Notes under the pieces: model-generated
Told to the model about the DNA's origin: nothing
What the model saw: only the letters and a program-made list of their open reading frames with translations
Databases searched by the model: none
Translations under genes and position numbers: made by a program
Shown: positions 38,027 to 48,167 of the stretch, piece by piece
How the letters are laid out: every line of letters begins with the position of its first letter
Position numbering within the stretch: the stretch's first letter is position 1
DNA from: a virus
Lineage: Duplodnaviria > Caudoviricetes
IMG/VR virus record: IMGVR_UViG_3300028805_000088
Span: 1-64,000 of that record
DNA: 64,000 bases
Direction: 5' to 3' (one strand)

Positions 38027-41000
38027 TTATCTTACGTTGTTATTGTAATCATAACTACTTGGTTGGTCTTCTGATAAATAGTTGGTGTTATATCCAGCCG
38101 CATCAGCTTTATGCCTTGCCTCTATATCTTCTGCATTGTGCTCATCATAATACAAGCCGCAATCCCAAACATTACTCAAATATATACCATTCTGTGGGGT
38201 ATCAACAGAAGGTACAACACCACCTCCATCAGTCAAACATACTATTCTAAGAGCGTTGGTATCTGTGAACTCTGTGTTAGTTGGGTCAATATAATCGCCA
38301 CTAAGATTATCGATAATGATTTCTTCATCTTCCACATATTCACCACTAGAGCCATTACCACGTGACAACTTAACGTCAACTACCATCTTCTTATTAGCAC
38401 CATCGTCAATCCATTCTGATTTTGTTGTGCATGTCTCACCGCTAACCCACATTTCCATGATTTCACAAAGCTGATATGCCATTAATTGGTCTGCATCTTG
38501 GAATGAAGTAGCTGCACTTATAATGCAATTGTGTACATCTGGCTTGTATTCGATACCTTCACCACACCCACCAGGTGCTGCATCACCAAATAAAGTCTTG
38601 TAAATCGAATCAGTTTTTCCGCTTACACATTCAGCTATGGTTGCAGCACTTGCTACTATGTCACCAGGAACATATAACGCATCTCCATCAACCATAAGAA
38701 GGTTATCTGTATGAGCTGCTATTTTAACATCAGCTCTTAAAACATCAGTAACTCCAGAAGGGTCAAGTGTTTTTGTAAGTTTAATAGGGGTACCATCATT
38801 ATCAACAGTCCACTCATTCACTAATTCTTCAGCTGGTATTGTGACAGTTCTTGTTTCACCAGCGGCTGTTTTATAAATAATTATGATGTTTTTATGAACT
38901 GAATCATATTCTATCCTATCAACAATAGAACCAGCATTGAGTTGTATCTCTTTATCTGGTAGATTATTTCTCTTTAATGTTAACTTATTTGTAACACCAT
39001 TATATTCAAAATCAACAGTAGAATATAAACCAGTCAAGTTATTGGTAATGGTATTAGCCGAGTCTGTAGCAACTTTAACAATTGCTGTTACGTCAGTACC
39101 AACTCTCTCAAAATCGATACTTGTGGTATCTTTGAAGTTAAGAGTTTGAGCCGAAATTGCATTTCTAAGTTCTTCCTCAGTTCTTTCTGCTCTTGCAACC
39201 TCATCAGTAATATCTCTACTAAGTCCACTTTCAGCGTTAATAGCTCTAGTTGCCTCTGCTACAATCTTTTCTTCGATACGCTGTTCCTCACCTTCTGCAC
39301 GAGAAATTTCTGCTGCAAGAGCATTCTCAAGTGAATCAACTCCACCTTCTGCCTCATTCATTCTATCACTCAATGATGCAATATCAGCCTTGTTTTGTTC
39401 AATTTGGGCATTTGATACATAAAGAGCACCGTTGTCATTTACTAAGATGTTATCCTCATGGTCTGAAATAACTGATTCTGCATAAAGGACATCTTGAGTT
39501 GCACCACTTTTTCTGAATTTGGAAAGTTTAATTGCACCATTTGTGTCTTCAGATACACGCCATTCATCAATCAAATCATGTACTGGAATAACAACATCTG
39601 GCATTCTCTGACCGTTAACTGTATATTCGATAATGATTGCTTCCCTTATTTGGTCATAATAAATCTTATCTATAACAGAATTTGTCTTCAAGTCAAATGT
39701 CTTAGTTCCATTTGTTGTCTTAAATACAAGTACATTCTTACTAGTACCAGACTCGAAGTGATAATCAAGGTCAACGCCTGCATATAAACCGTCACTGTTC
39801 AATTTAATGACATTAGGCATACCCCCAATTTCCTCTTCACTTAGATTTACACTGATAACTGGTCTAACTTGGTCTGTCTTATCAACATCAATTGAATGGT
39901 CATTATTGATAACGTCAATCAATCTACCTTCAGTATTTGCACTAAGAACATCAATCTCAGCTTGAAGTCTTGCATCCTCACCAACACGTTCAGCCTTTTC
40001 TCTATTGAATTCGTCTCTTACGGTGTTGCGAATGTTAAATCCATCACCAAGTTCATCATCTAATTTCTTCTCAATTCTCTGCTCTTCACTATTTGCACGT
40101 ACAATCTCAGCCTCTGTCTTTGCTGAAAGCAATCCAAGATTAGCATCAATTGTATCAGTCTTTGCAGATATTGTGTTTGTCTTTGCTGACAACTCATTAA
40201 ACTTATAAGTTACGGTCTCATGACCATCAATTGTAAATCCGTCACCAATTGTTTGCTCAATTGTACTTATTTTTGAGTCATGTTCTGCGTCCTTTGCGGT
40301 TGAACGAGCAATTTCTGTATCAAGTTTACCTTCAATACGCTGTTCCTCGCTAGTTGCACGGTTAACCTCTGCATCAAACTCCGTTCTCAAAGTATCAACC
40401 TTACCACTAGTCTCAGTAAGTTTAGCGTTAATGTCAGCATCGTTAGCATTAAGTTTGTCAAGTTCATCACTCACATTGCCGTTTCTACCATATCTAATAT
40501 TATCGGCAGCACCCTTAACGAACAACTCATGGTTCTTATCAACCAAAATGTTATCTGGGTCTTCATAAATTGCAACGTCAGCAGATACCTTGTCATTACC
40601 ACCAACAACTCTCTGCTTATGAAGTTTAACGTTATGTCCGTCATTTACAATATCCCACTCCCAATCTTGCATCATTTCGCCAATTGGAACGTCACATTCT
40701 TGAATGTCACCGTTTCCATCAACATACATGATGATAAGTGTCTCTGTTAGAGGGTCATAAACAATCTTCTTAAATGCTTCAACAGAATTAAGCTTAATTT
40801 CTTCAACGCTTGTTCCACCAGTTACATTAGATGTTGTAAAAACAAGCTTATTCTCTTTGTTAAGATATTTCAAAGTTGCTGTAGAATAATAACCATCTGC
40901 TTTTTCATAAATGATATTTGTACTATCATTTGATACACCCTTTGTTGCGTCAGTAAGTGCCTCTTGGACGGTCATTTCCTCTCCATCCTTGAAGAATATG

Positions 41001-41908
41001 ATATTATTTGCCAAACCGTCAACATACAAATATCTACCATCAGTAGTCTTCTTCAATATGTTGTATCTTCTATCAGCAAGTCTAACATCAGCTTTCAATA
41101 CATCTTGCCAAGGCTCAACGTGGTTATGAAGAGAATCATCACCATATCCAACCTCTTCTCTTGTAAGTACGATAGGAGTATTTGAAGCTTCTCCTTCTAC
41201 ACCCCATTCATCAATAAGGTTTTCAAGTGAAACCACAATTTCAGTTTCATCCTTACACTTCAAATGCAAAGACTCATCCTTCTTACTATACCAACCAGCA
41301 ACAAGATAATTGTTGTTGATAAGCCACTCCTTAGTGTCACCATTAACAGTGAAAGTAAGTCTGTCATTCTCTTTATCATACTCCATGTTTACATAAGTAA
41401 ACAAACCGTCATCAGTGCTAAGAATGATGTTTGGTTTACGAGCATCGTCAAATATTTGTGATGTCGCAACAACAACATCACCACTAATGATTGTACCGTT
41501 TTCTGTTTTCTCAGAGTATAACTTCAAAGTATTGGTATCTCTTGTGAAGATAGTCAAACTCTTAATAGCCTTCTCCAACGCATCACCCAAGTCTTCAATT
41601 TCCTTCTCTGTCTTATCAATATCAATAATACAGAATCTATTATCATTGTATTGTGTTCCATCGTTAGTTGCAGAACCAATCACAAAGATAAGGTGTGGGT
41701 CATTCTCGCCAGTTGGGTCAGCCTCTGTGACATTTTTATACAAAAGAACTGTTGGCTCTCCTAATAAAGAAAAGCCATAGCTCTTATCTTCAAATGCCAA
41801 ACCTTCATCGGCAAATCTTATTTGGCTATAAATATACTCAATAGCATCCTCCCTAGTTTCAAATACAGGAGTATGATGTCTTAATTGTAATCTATTGATT
41901 GTATTCAT
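38027..41908 (-). CDS. Large fibre/structural protein with repeated linker domains
   Basis: Repeated (I)DKIYYD...IIIEY......IP..DL..EW domains and EVNRATSEEQRIE coils; near-terminal WDCGLY. Confidence 0.7.
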   Translation of the reverse strand: MNTINRLQLRHHTPVFETREDAIEYIYSQIRFADEGLAFEDKSYGFSLLGEPTVLLYKNVTEADPTGENDPHLIFVIGSATNDGTQYNDNRFCIIDIDKTEKEIEDLGDALEKAIKSLTIFTRDTNTLKLYSEKTENGTIISGDVVVATSQIFDDARKPNIILSTDDGLFTYVNMEYDKENDRLTFTVNGDTKEWLINNNYLVAGWYSKKDESLHLKCKDETEIVVSLENLIDEWGVEGEASNTPIVLTREEVGYGDDSLHNHVEPWQDVLKADVRLADRRYNILKKTTDGRYLYVDGLANNIIFFKDGEEMTVQEALTDATKGVSNDSTNIIYEKADGYYSTATLKYLNKENKLVFTTSNVTGGTSVEEIKLNSVEAFKKIVYDPLTETLIIMYVDGNGDIQECDVPIGEMMQDWEWDIVNDGHNVKLHKQRVVGGNDKVSADVAIYEDPDNILVDKNHELFVKGAADNIRYGRNGNVSDELDKLNANDADINAKLTETSGKVDTLRTEFDAEVNRATSEEQRIEGKLDTEIARSTAKDAEHDSKISTIEQTIGDGFTIDGHETVTYKFNELSAKTNTISAKTDTIDANLGLLSAKTEAEIVRANSEEQRIEKKLDDELGDGFNIRNTVRDEFNREKAERVGEDARLQAEIDVLSANTEGRLIDVINNDHSIDVDKTDQVRPVISVNLSEEEIGGMPNVIKLNSDGLYAGVDLDYHFESGTSKNVLVFKTTNGTKTFDLKTNSVIDKIYYDQIREAIIIEYTVNGQRMPDVVIPVHDLIDEWRVSEDTNGAIKLSKFRKSGATQDVLYAESVISDHEDNILVNDNGALYVSNAQIEQNKADIASLSDRMNEAEGGVDSLENALAAEISRAEGEEQRIEEKIVAEATRAINAESGLSRDITDEVARAERTEEELRNAISAQTLNFKDTTSIDFERVGTDVTAIVKVATDSANTITNNLTGLYSTVDFEYNGVTNKLTLKRNNLPDKEIQLNAGSIVDRIEYDSVHKNIIIIYKTAAGETRTVTIPAEELVNEWTVDNDGTPIKLTKTLDPSGVTDVLRADVKIAAHTDNLLMVDGDALYVPGDIVASAATIAECVSGKTDSIYKTLFGDAAPGGCGEGIEYKPDVHNCIISAATSFQDADQLMAYQLCEIMEMWVSGETCTTKSEWIDDGANKKMVVDVKLSRGNGSSGEYVEDEEIIIDNLSGDYIDPTNTEFTDTNALRIVCLTDGGGVVPSVDTPQNGIYLSNVWDCGLYYDEHNAEDIEARHKADAAGYNTNYLSEDQPSSYDYNNNVR

Positions 41909-41934
41909 CGTTATTATATATTGTTATCAATTTA

Positions 41935-44310
41935 TTAGATTTCGCCAAAGTTACCATCAAACTTAATCTTGATGAAATGTTCATCTATTCCATCTTTAGA
42001 TTTAAGTATTAAGTTATACTCTGATTCAGAAGGAAGTGTAGATACTTTAAATTTATAATCCTCACTAGTATCTATTGTTAGACCTGAAATCTCGTCCTCA
42101 GTAGCCTTTGCCCTTTCGATTTCCTCATCAAGCTTTAGTTCGATTTCATCTTCTCTCTCTGTAGCTCTCTCGATTTCATCTTCTATCTTCTGGTCAAGTG
42201 CAGCTTCAGCTTCTTCTGCCCTAGCAATCTCAGCATCAATCTTCTCGTCAAGTCTCTGCTCTTCTGCGATTGCTCTTGCAATTTCATTGTCCAAGTCAAC
42301 TCTCAACTCTGTTTCTGCGCTAATTGCACGTGAAATTTCGTTGTTAAGTCCTTCCCAAAGGTCAGCTTCTGCTTGTTTTGCTCTAGAAATCTCATCTTCA
42401 ATCTTTCCATCAAGTCTAGCATCTTCCTCTTCTCTTGTTGCTGCTTCTTCAGCCAATGCTTCCCAAAGTTCAGTATCACCAGAAATACGAGCCTCAGTTT
42501 CAGCACTTAATGCCTCAATGATTTCTGTATCAGCAGAAATTCTTTCCATCTTCTCGATGTAAATTTCTTGCCTAATCTCTGTATCAGCAGAGATTCTATC
42601 TTCTTTCTCTTTGATAATGACTGGAAGAACAAGCTTTAACAATCTCTCAACTACAAGGTCATCTGTGTTATATAAGTCTTGGCTGCAACCATCCTCAGTA
42701 TAAACACGATATTCCACATTGTTCTGTGCCTCACGTTCAATTGTGATTGTCTCACACTCTTGGTCGTTCAATGGCTCAACATCATCTACTGGAACTTCTC
42801 CATCACATTCTGACTCACTCTCTTCAATGTTGAAATTAGTTCTCCAACAGTATGTGATTTCCTTAACGTCAACAGCTTCACAAGGATTTTCTACTACTAC
42901 AGTATCACCCTCGTTCATCTGTTTCTTCTCCCAATAGTATCCATTCCATTCATTCAAGAACAATGCCTTTCTCTTTTCAAGAACCTCACCATTGTTTACT
43001 TCTGCAAGCTCTGCGCCCTCTTGGTGTCCATCAGCAGGAATAAATCCTTCCTTCTTAGCATAGTTTGTTGCAAGCCAAATCTGACTAGTCTTAGGGAACA
43101 ATATTGTCTTGTAAAGTACACCATCGATATATTCTGAATCGAAATAGTTACATCCATCATAATCCTTGACAAGTCTTACACTATAGAATGGTGATGGACA
43201 TTCTGCTTCTTGAATAACACCTGATTTCTTATATGAAAATTCCTTAACATATCTATCTTGTTCAGCATCGCCATGAACGTGTGTTGTTGTCCAGAAGAAT
43301 GCTTGTGCTTGGAATGCATCTGCTTGTGGTCTGTCATAAGCATCAAGACCAACCATACCTGCTGGTAGGATTGCCATTCCGTACTTGTCAACTCCAAGTG
43401 GAGAAATCTTCTTATCTTCTGGGAATTCAGATGTTGGGTCACTGATATAATCCTCATCAACATCACACGCCTCTTGTTCGAATGAACAACCTGTGGTTGG
43501 CTTTGTTGGATAACACTCACATGGGTCTTGTCCTAACCATCCACACTCTGACTTGAGATATTTACCTGCTAACTTACCAAGTTCAACATGGCATCTTGCA
43601 GACTCGTGGTTTTGGAATTCTTTACATGGCTCGATTGAGTTCAAAAGCAAATCCCAATCTGCCTTAGATGGTACACGCCATCCATGTCCTTCTTCTGCAA
43701 CATTTGCTGAAATCTTATCAAGACCAGCACCGTTGTAAAGATAGCCGTAATCGCTTACATACTCAACAGTTACATATCTTGTACCAAGTTTTGCCACCTC
43801 TGGTAATTTACCTCCCTTTGTCAAGTCAATCTTTGCCTTAACAGGAGCATACATACCAGTCTTCTCAACACCGTTGATTCCAAGTGGATGAGCCATTGTT
43901 CCGTCACCTCTAAGTGTACCGTCTGTGATAACCCTTGTAAGAACGTTATCGCCCACAAGCTTCATCAACTTATCGGCTGTGACAATATCAGTGATTTTGA
44001 ATTTCTTAAAACCATCCTTGCCATCATATTCGATTGTAAGGGTAGTTCCACTTTCGCCACACTCAGTGTCAACGTTTAGATTGTATGTAACGTCAGTAAG
44101 GGGAACGATAAGCTTTTCACCATTGTTTCTTGTAAGTATAAGAGACTTGTTGTTTGCATCGCCATCGTCATAAATGAACTCTGCACTCTTAATGTCCTCA
44201 TCCTTTAAACTTTTGAAGTTAGAATCTATTTCATTGATTGTTAACTTGCAATTCTTAGTTACATCTTCAGGATACTCGCTTACCAACTTGTAATAGTATA
44301 GTCCTTTCAT
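41935..44310 (-). CDS. Fibre protein with a FISUMP (Fib_succ_major)-like domain and coiled coil
   Basis: YGYLYN..GWRVPSKADWDLL..AGKYLKS..YGMAILPAG..AFFWTTT..SVRLVKD; ends FGEI. Confidence 0.7.
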   Translation of the reverse strand: MKGLYYYKLVSEYPEDVTKNCKLTINEIDSNFKSLKDEDIKSAEFIYDDGDANNKSLILTRNNGEKLIVPLTDVTYNLNVDTECGESGTTLTIEYDGKDGFKKFKITDIVTADKLMKLVGDNVLTRVITDGTLRGDGTMAHPLGINGVEKTGMYAPVKAKIDLTKGGKLPEVAKLGTRYVTVEYVSDYGYLYNGAGLDKISANVAEEGHGWRVPSKADWDLLLNSIEPCKEFQNHESARCHVELGKLAGKYLKSECGWLGQDPCECYPTKPTTGCSFEQEACDVDEDYISDPTSEFPEDKKISPLGVDKYGMAILPAGMVGLDAYDRPQADAFQAQAFFWTTTHVHGDAEQDRYVKEFSYKKSGVIQEAECPSPFYSVRLVKDYDGCNYFDSEYIDGVLYKTILFPKTSQIWLATNYAKKEGFIPADGHQEGAELAEVNNGEVLEKRKALFLNEWNGYYWEKKQMNEGDTVVVENPCEAVDVKEITYCWRTNFNIEESESECDGEVPVDDVEPLNDQECETITIEREAQNNVEYRVYTEDGCSQDLYNTDDLVVERLLKLVLPVIIKEKEDRISADTEIRQEIYIEKMERISADTEIIEALSAETEARISGDTELWEALAEEAATREEEDARLDGKIEDEISRAKQAEADLWEGLNNEISRAISAETELRVDLDNEIARAIAEEQRLDEKIDAEIARAEEAEAALDQKIEDEIERATEREDEIELKLDEEIERAKATEDEISGLTIDTSEDYKFKVSTLPSESEYNLILKSKDGIDEHFIKIKFDGNFGEI

Positions 44311-44427
44311 AATCTGTTACTTATTATTTTATAGTTTTATTTTAATAATAAATATAAAAAGTTTTTAACTTGTTTGTCTTTTTCTCCATATTTATATAGA
44401 GAAATGTATATAAACCATACAATTTTT

Positions 44428-44751
44428 ATGAAACATCCAAAAAATTTCTGGAAAGATAAAGAAAATATTATGACAGAAGCAAGAAAGTACAAAACAAAAG
44501 AAGAATTCCAAAAAGGGAATTTAAGTGCCTTTCTTGCTGCCTATAGATATGGGTACATAGATGAAATGACGTGGCTTGTGAAGCAGAAGCAGCACAAGAA
44601 ACATCACTGGAACTATGAAAACATAAAAAATGAGGCAATTAAATACAATACAAAAACAGACTTCTTTAAAGGAAACCAAACAGCATATAGGGCTGCACTT
44701 AAATTGGGGATAATTGATGATTTCTTCTTGAATGATTATATACAATACTAA
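44428..44751 (+). CDS. Truncated homing-endonuclease-type DNA-binding repeat protein
   Basis: Two W..ENI..EA.KY.TK.(E/D)F..GN..A repeats; no nuclease domain; late motif at 44389 lies inside the track's longer TTG-start version. Confidence 0.6.
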   Translation: MKHPKNFWKDKENIMTEARKYKTKEEFQKGNLSAFLAAYRYGYIDEMTWLVKQKQHKKHHWNYENIKNEAIKYNTKTDFFKGNQTAYRAALKLGIIDDFFLNDYIQY

Positions 44752-44752
44752 A

Positions 44753-44779
44753 AAAGAGCGTTAACCATTAACGCTCTTT
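44753..44779. terminator. Bidirectional terminator
   Basis: AAAGAGCGTTAA-CCA-TTAACGCTCTTT. Confidence 0.75.
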
Positions 44780-45465
44780 CTTTTATCGTTTATATTGGCA
44801 ACTCTTTTCATCTGGCATTCATATATATTGCCTTTTGAGTCTAAGAACTTAAATGTCTTGCCTAAACTAATCGTATTTATTTCGTTAGACCCATTACCTT
44901 CATTGATAATCTTATTCTTCAATGAAACAGCATACTTTCTAACTATTTCCTCTACGATGGTTCTAATCATAGGATAGTCAACTTGTGCCGACATTTGTAC
45001 TTGAGGCGCATATTGTGGCTGCTGATAGCCCATTCCCTCATTAACCAACTGTCTAACATCTTGTGACTGCATATTAACACGTTGTGGTTGACGTGGAGTA
45101 GGAATATCCTCAGTTAAGAATGCTAAATCATCGTTACCACCTTGAGCACCGCCAAATGCTGAATAAAGGCTAGACTCATCAATTGGATTAGTAGAGAAAG
45201 ATTCTCTAATTGCTGCTGGAACATTCATGGCATTTTCTCCCATTTGTGCTCCAATCATAGGTGCTTCTGTTCTTCTGTTTCTTGATGTTGTCATCAATTG
45301 TTCTGTGATAATATCACCACCTTCTAGAGAACTGTTAACACCGTCTCTAACACCAGCGGCAATCTTATCCAAAGTGCCGTTTGATTCTAATTGTATGAGC
45401 TTTTTAGCCCTAGACATCGCATTCTGCAATTTTGCTTGTTTATCTGCTGGATTTGCGTTTGCCAT
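44761..45465 (-). CDS. Hypothetical late protein
   Basis: 234 aa, Q/P-rich; LTED, LVNEG and IINEG motifs. Confidence 0.65.
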   Translation of the reverse strand: MANANPADKQAKLQNAMSRAKKLIQLESNGTLDKIAAGVRDGVNSSLEGGDIITEQLMTTSRNRRTEAPMIGAQMGENAMNVPAAIRESFSTNPIDESSLYSAFGGAQGGNDDLAFLTEDIPTPRQPQRVNMQSQDVRQLVNEGMGYQQPQYAPQVQMSAQVDYPMIRTIVEEIVRKYAVSLKNKIINEGNGSNEINTISLGKTFKFLDSKGNIYECQMKRVANINDKRKSVNG

Positions 45466-45466
45466 T

Positions 45467-46240
45467 TTATCTTCTGTTTTTATTCTTTATAAAATTATTT
45501 TCATTGAAATCAACATCGTTGACATCATAAAAATTTTCATCATAACTGTTGTCAACTGGACCAGATTCTCCTTGTGGTGGCCTTGGGGCTTGATTCTGTG
45601 CATTTGCTTGTTGCAAGGCTCTTTCATAATCATCCCAATATTCATCAGCCTTCTCACTTGTTTTATCAACATTCCTAGCAAATTGAGCATATCTTTCACT
45701 ATTTGGCTGTGATGTAAATACATTTTTCTTCCATTGCTGGTTTGCTGATATTGGTCCTTGAGCATTTTTAGTCGAAACCTTTGGCGCATTTGCGGCTTGT
45801 TGTCTTTCGGCTCTTGCTCTCTCCAATGGGTCATTCATATTGCCAAACTTGGCGTTGTCAACAAAAGTACCCATGCTTCTATCACCAACTCTGTTATATT
45901 CTCCATATGCATCGTCAGGTGTTGTAAAGAATTTTTTATTTCTCATAGGTTTCCAAGATGTGACCCTATCAAGCCTGAAGAACTTCCACTTTGGTGCTCC
46001 CCTTCTTGAATTACCGCTAACTTGGAATGCTCTAACTACTGGGTATCCTTTCTTTGTTGTGCCAATTGCCATTGGCTGAATTACACGACTTCCTTTGGGA
46101 TTCCCACCATTGTCTTGCATACCATCATCATAAGTTATTCGTACATGATATTTGCTACGAATGGCATCTAGAACCTCATCACTAGAAACATCTTCCTTCA
46201 GAAGACTTTTAATTATGTCGCATAATTTAAGACTTATCAT
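45467..46240 (-). CDS. WYL-like domain protein
   Basis: VRITYDD..SRVIQPMAIG..VVRAFQ..WKFFRLDRV resembles the WYL SH3-barrel; low-complexity tail. Confidence 0.6.
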   Translation of the reverse strand: MISLKLCDIIKSLLKEDVSSDEVLDAIRSKYHVRITYDDGMQDNGGNPKGSRVIQPMAIGTTKKGYPVVRAFQVSGNSRRGAPKWKFFRLDRVTSWKPMRNKKFFTTPDDAYGEYNRVGDRSMGTFVDNAKFGNMNDPLERARAERQQAANAPKVSTKNAQGPISANQQWKKNVFTSQPNSERYAQFARNVDKTSEKADEYWDDYERALQQANAQNQAPRPPQGESGPVDNSYDENFYDVNDVDFNENNFIKNKNRR

Positions 46241-46242
46241 TG

Positions 46243-46575
46243 TTATTCCTTCTCGCTATATGGGTTGTATGTGACTGCCATATTCATTTCGTTAAGCTGA
46301 CTTTGTGGAGTTTCCTTGATACCCTTGTAAAGATTGTTAAATCTTTCTTGGTATTGGTTATCGACAATCAGTTTTTTCAATGCTTCCAACTTAGCTTGAT
46401 TTCTTTTATTTGAGAAGAAATCACGTGTCTCTTTCATTGCTTCCAATTGTTCTTCTTCGTTAAGTTCTTTCTTAACCTTCTTACCACCAAGGGTGTCAAC
46501 TCTCTTGTCAACCAACTCCATACCTATTAGTATATTCTTGGCAAGGTCATTCAATCTTTTATTTTCGTAATTCAT
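46243..46575 (-). CDS. Hypothetical protein
   Basis: 110 aa; ELNEE and QLNEM motifs. Confidence 0.6.
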   Translation of the reverse strand: MNYENKRLNDLAKNILIGMELVDKRVDTLGGKKVKKELNEEEQLEAMKETRDFFSNKRNQAKLEALKKLIVDNQYQERFNNLYKGIKETPQSQLNEMNMAVTYNPYSEKE

Positions 46576-47533
46576 ATTTTTCTATCTCGTTTAACAATTT
46601 ATTACGGTCTTTAAATGTAACATTATCTTCGTCAACATTATCATAATGAGTAAAATATAATAGTTTTACGCCATTTTCCTCACAAAGTTGTTTTTTACGT
46701 TGGTCACGTTCTTTTATGACTTCATAGTTTTTGCATTTGGACTCATCACTTTTGTCACCGCTAAAACTAATTGGCTCATAATGTTGTATTCCTTGACATT
46801 CAATACCAACGTTATATTTTGGCAGATAAAAATCTAAACTTTGTAAACCAAGCCAAACTGGGTGATAATATTGTTCGTATTCAATTTTTTCTTTATCCAA
46901 AAAATCTGATATTTCTGTTTCTAAATGGCTTGCGTTACATTTAGGGCATCCTTGCTTCTGATGGATATGTTTCGCTGGAGTTTGCAAAAACTCCCCATGA
47001 ATAGGGCAAACTATTTTAAATGGGATTAGCATGTCATGGTATTCACATTTATTGTAAATATATTTATCTCCATGAGCCGCTTTACACATTTCAATAACTT
47101 CGTTTAATGAATATCTAAGCGAGTTTCCCCTTCTTTCATCATAGCATTTTTGGCATCCATGACCCAATAAAAATTTCCTAGCGTTTATCACAAATTTGCC
47201 ATGTTTATTACAAATTGGCGTTACGTCACTTGTTGAATTTTTATAATTGATTTCAGATAAATCATATCTATCGCCATGAACTGATTTTATAATACTAATA
47301 TACTCATCTTGTGTCCTCTTCACACCACCATTACATTTTGAACAACCCCTACCCTTATTTATGTGAGAATGTGGCGTTTGTTGAAATTCTCCATGAATTT
47401 TACAAAATATTTTCATTGGAGTCCTTGCATTTACATACGAGTTTTCATCATATATGTACTTATCGCCATGCACTTTTCTAGCATCGTTAACCATTTGTTC
47501 AAATGGCTTTGCTTGCATTTTACTCTTGTCCAT
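46559..47533 (-). CDS. Putative homing endonuclease (Zn repeats plus PD-(D/E)xK)
   Basis: Three HGDKY..CKIHG.F..GC repeats; SLDFYLPKYNVGIECQGIQH. Confidence 0.75.
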   Translation of the reverse strand: MDKSKMQAKPFEQMVNDARKVHGDKYIYDENSYVNARTPMKIFCKIHGEFQQTPHSHINKGRGCSKCNGGVKRTQDEYISIIKSVHGDRYDLSEINYKNSTSDVTPICNKHGKFVINARKFLLGHGCQKCYDERRGNSLRYSLNEVIEMCKAAHGDKYIYNKCEYHDMLIPFKIVCPIHGEFLQTPAKHIHQKQGCPKCNASHLETEISDFLDKEKIEYEQYYHPVWLGLQSLDFYLPKYNVGIECQGIQHYEPISFSGDKSDESKCKNYEVIKERDQRKKQLCEENGVKLLYFTHYDNVDEDNVTFKDRNKLLNEIEKYELRK

Positions 47534-47695
47534 TGTCTCGTTTAATTTTTATTCTCGTTTGTTATTAAATAAAACGTGGAAAGTTAAAACGAGAAAAACC
47601 TTGTCAGCGGGTAGCTACTCCACACCTATCCACATTATATTGCAAATATATAAAAAATCTGGTTAAAAGCCAAATGCATTAAGGACAACCTTGCA

Positions 47696-48109
47696 TTAGT
47701 TTTTTTGCCCAACATAATACTGTCCATCGTTAATGTTTGCTTCTGTGTTGACCAAATTTGCGCCATACATATTCAAATGGCTATATATAGAACGAGCCAT
47801 TTGGACTTTACGTCCTGGAATATCGCCCCTACCATCTATATCGTACTTACCGCCAATCTGCATTTCTGGGCTTGTATCAAAGTTAGAATAATCAATTGTT
47901 CCAGTAGGTTTATTACAGTCGGGAAGATAATGCGTATGGCCTCCACTCCCGCTGCCTTTACCTTGGACATCGCCATCGCTCAATGCATCTTTATGGGTTG
48001 CTCCATATTGGTTTTCTATGTTATAATCACTACGAGTAATCTCTTCGTGTCTTTCTTCCATACCCCTTTTCTCAAGGCATGTCTGACCGTTTTGAACTGT
48101 TGTTGCCAT
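47696..48109 (-). CDS. Hypothetical late protein (GQTCLE family)
   Basis: 137 aa, Gly-rich; late-like AATAAATA upstream. Confidence 0.65.
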   Translation of the reverse strand: MATTVQNGQTCLEKRGMEERHEEITRSDYNIENQYGATHKDALSDGDVQGKGSGSGGHTHYLPDCNKPTGTIDYSNFDTSPEMQIGGKYDIDGRGDIPGRKVQMARSIYSHLNMYGANLVNTEANINDGQYYVGQKN

Positions 48110-48167
48110 ATTTCTCTATAAATTTTAAATATTTTATTTTAATAATAAATAGTTATTTAGCTGTTTT

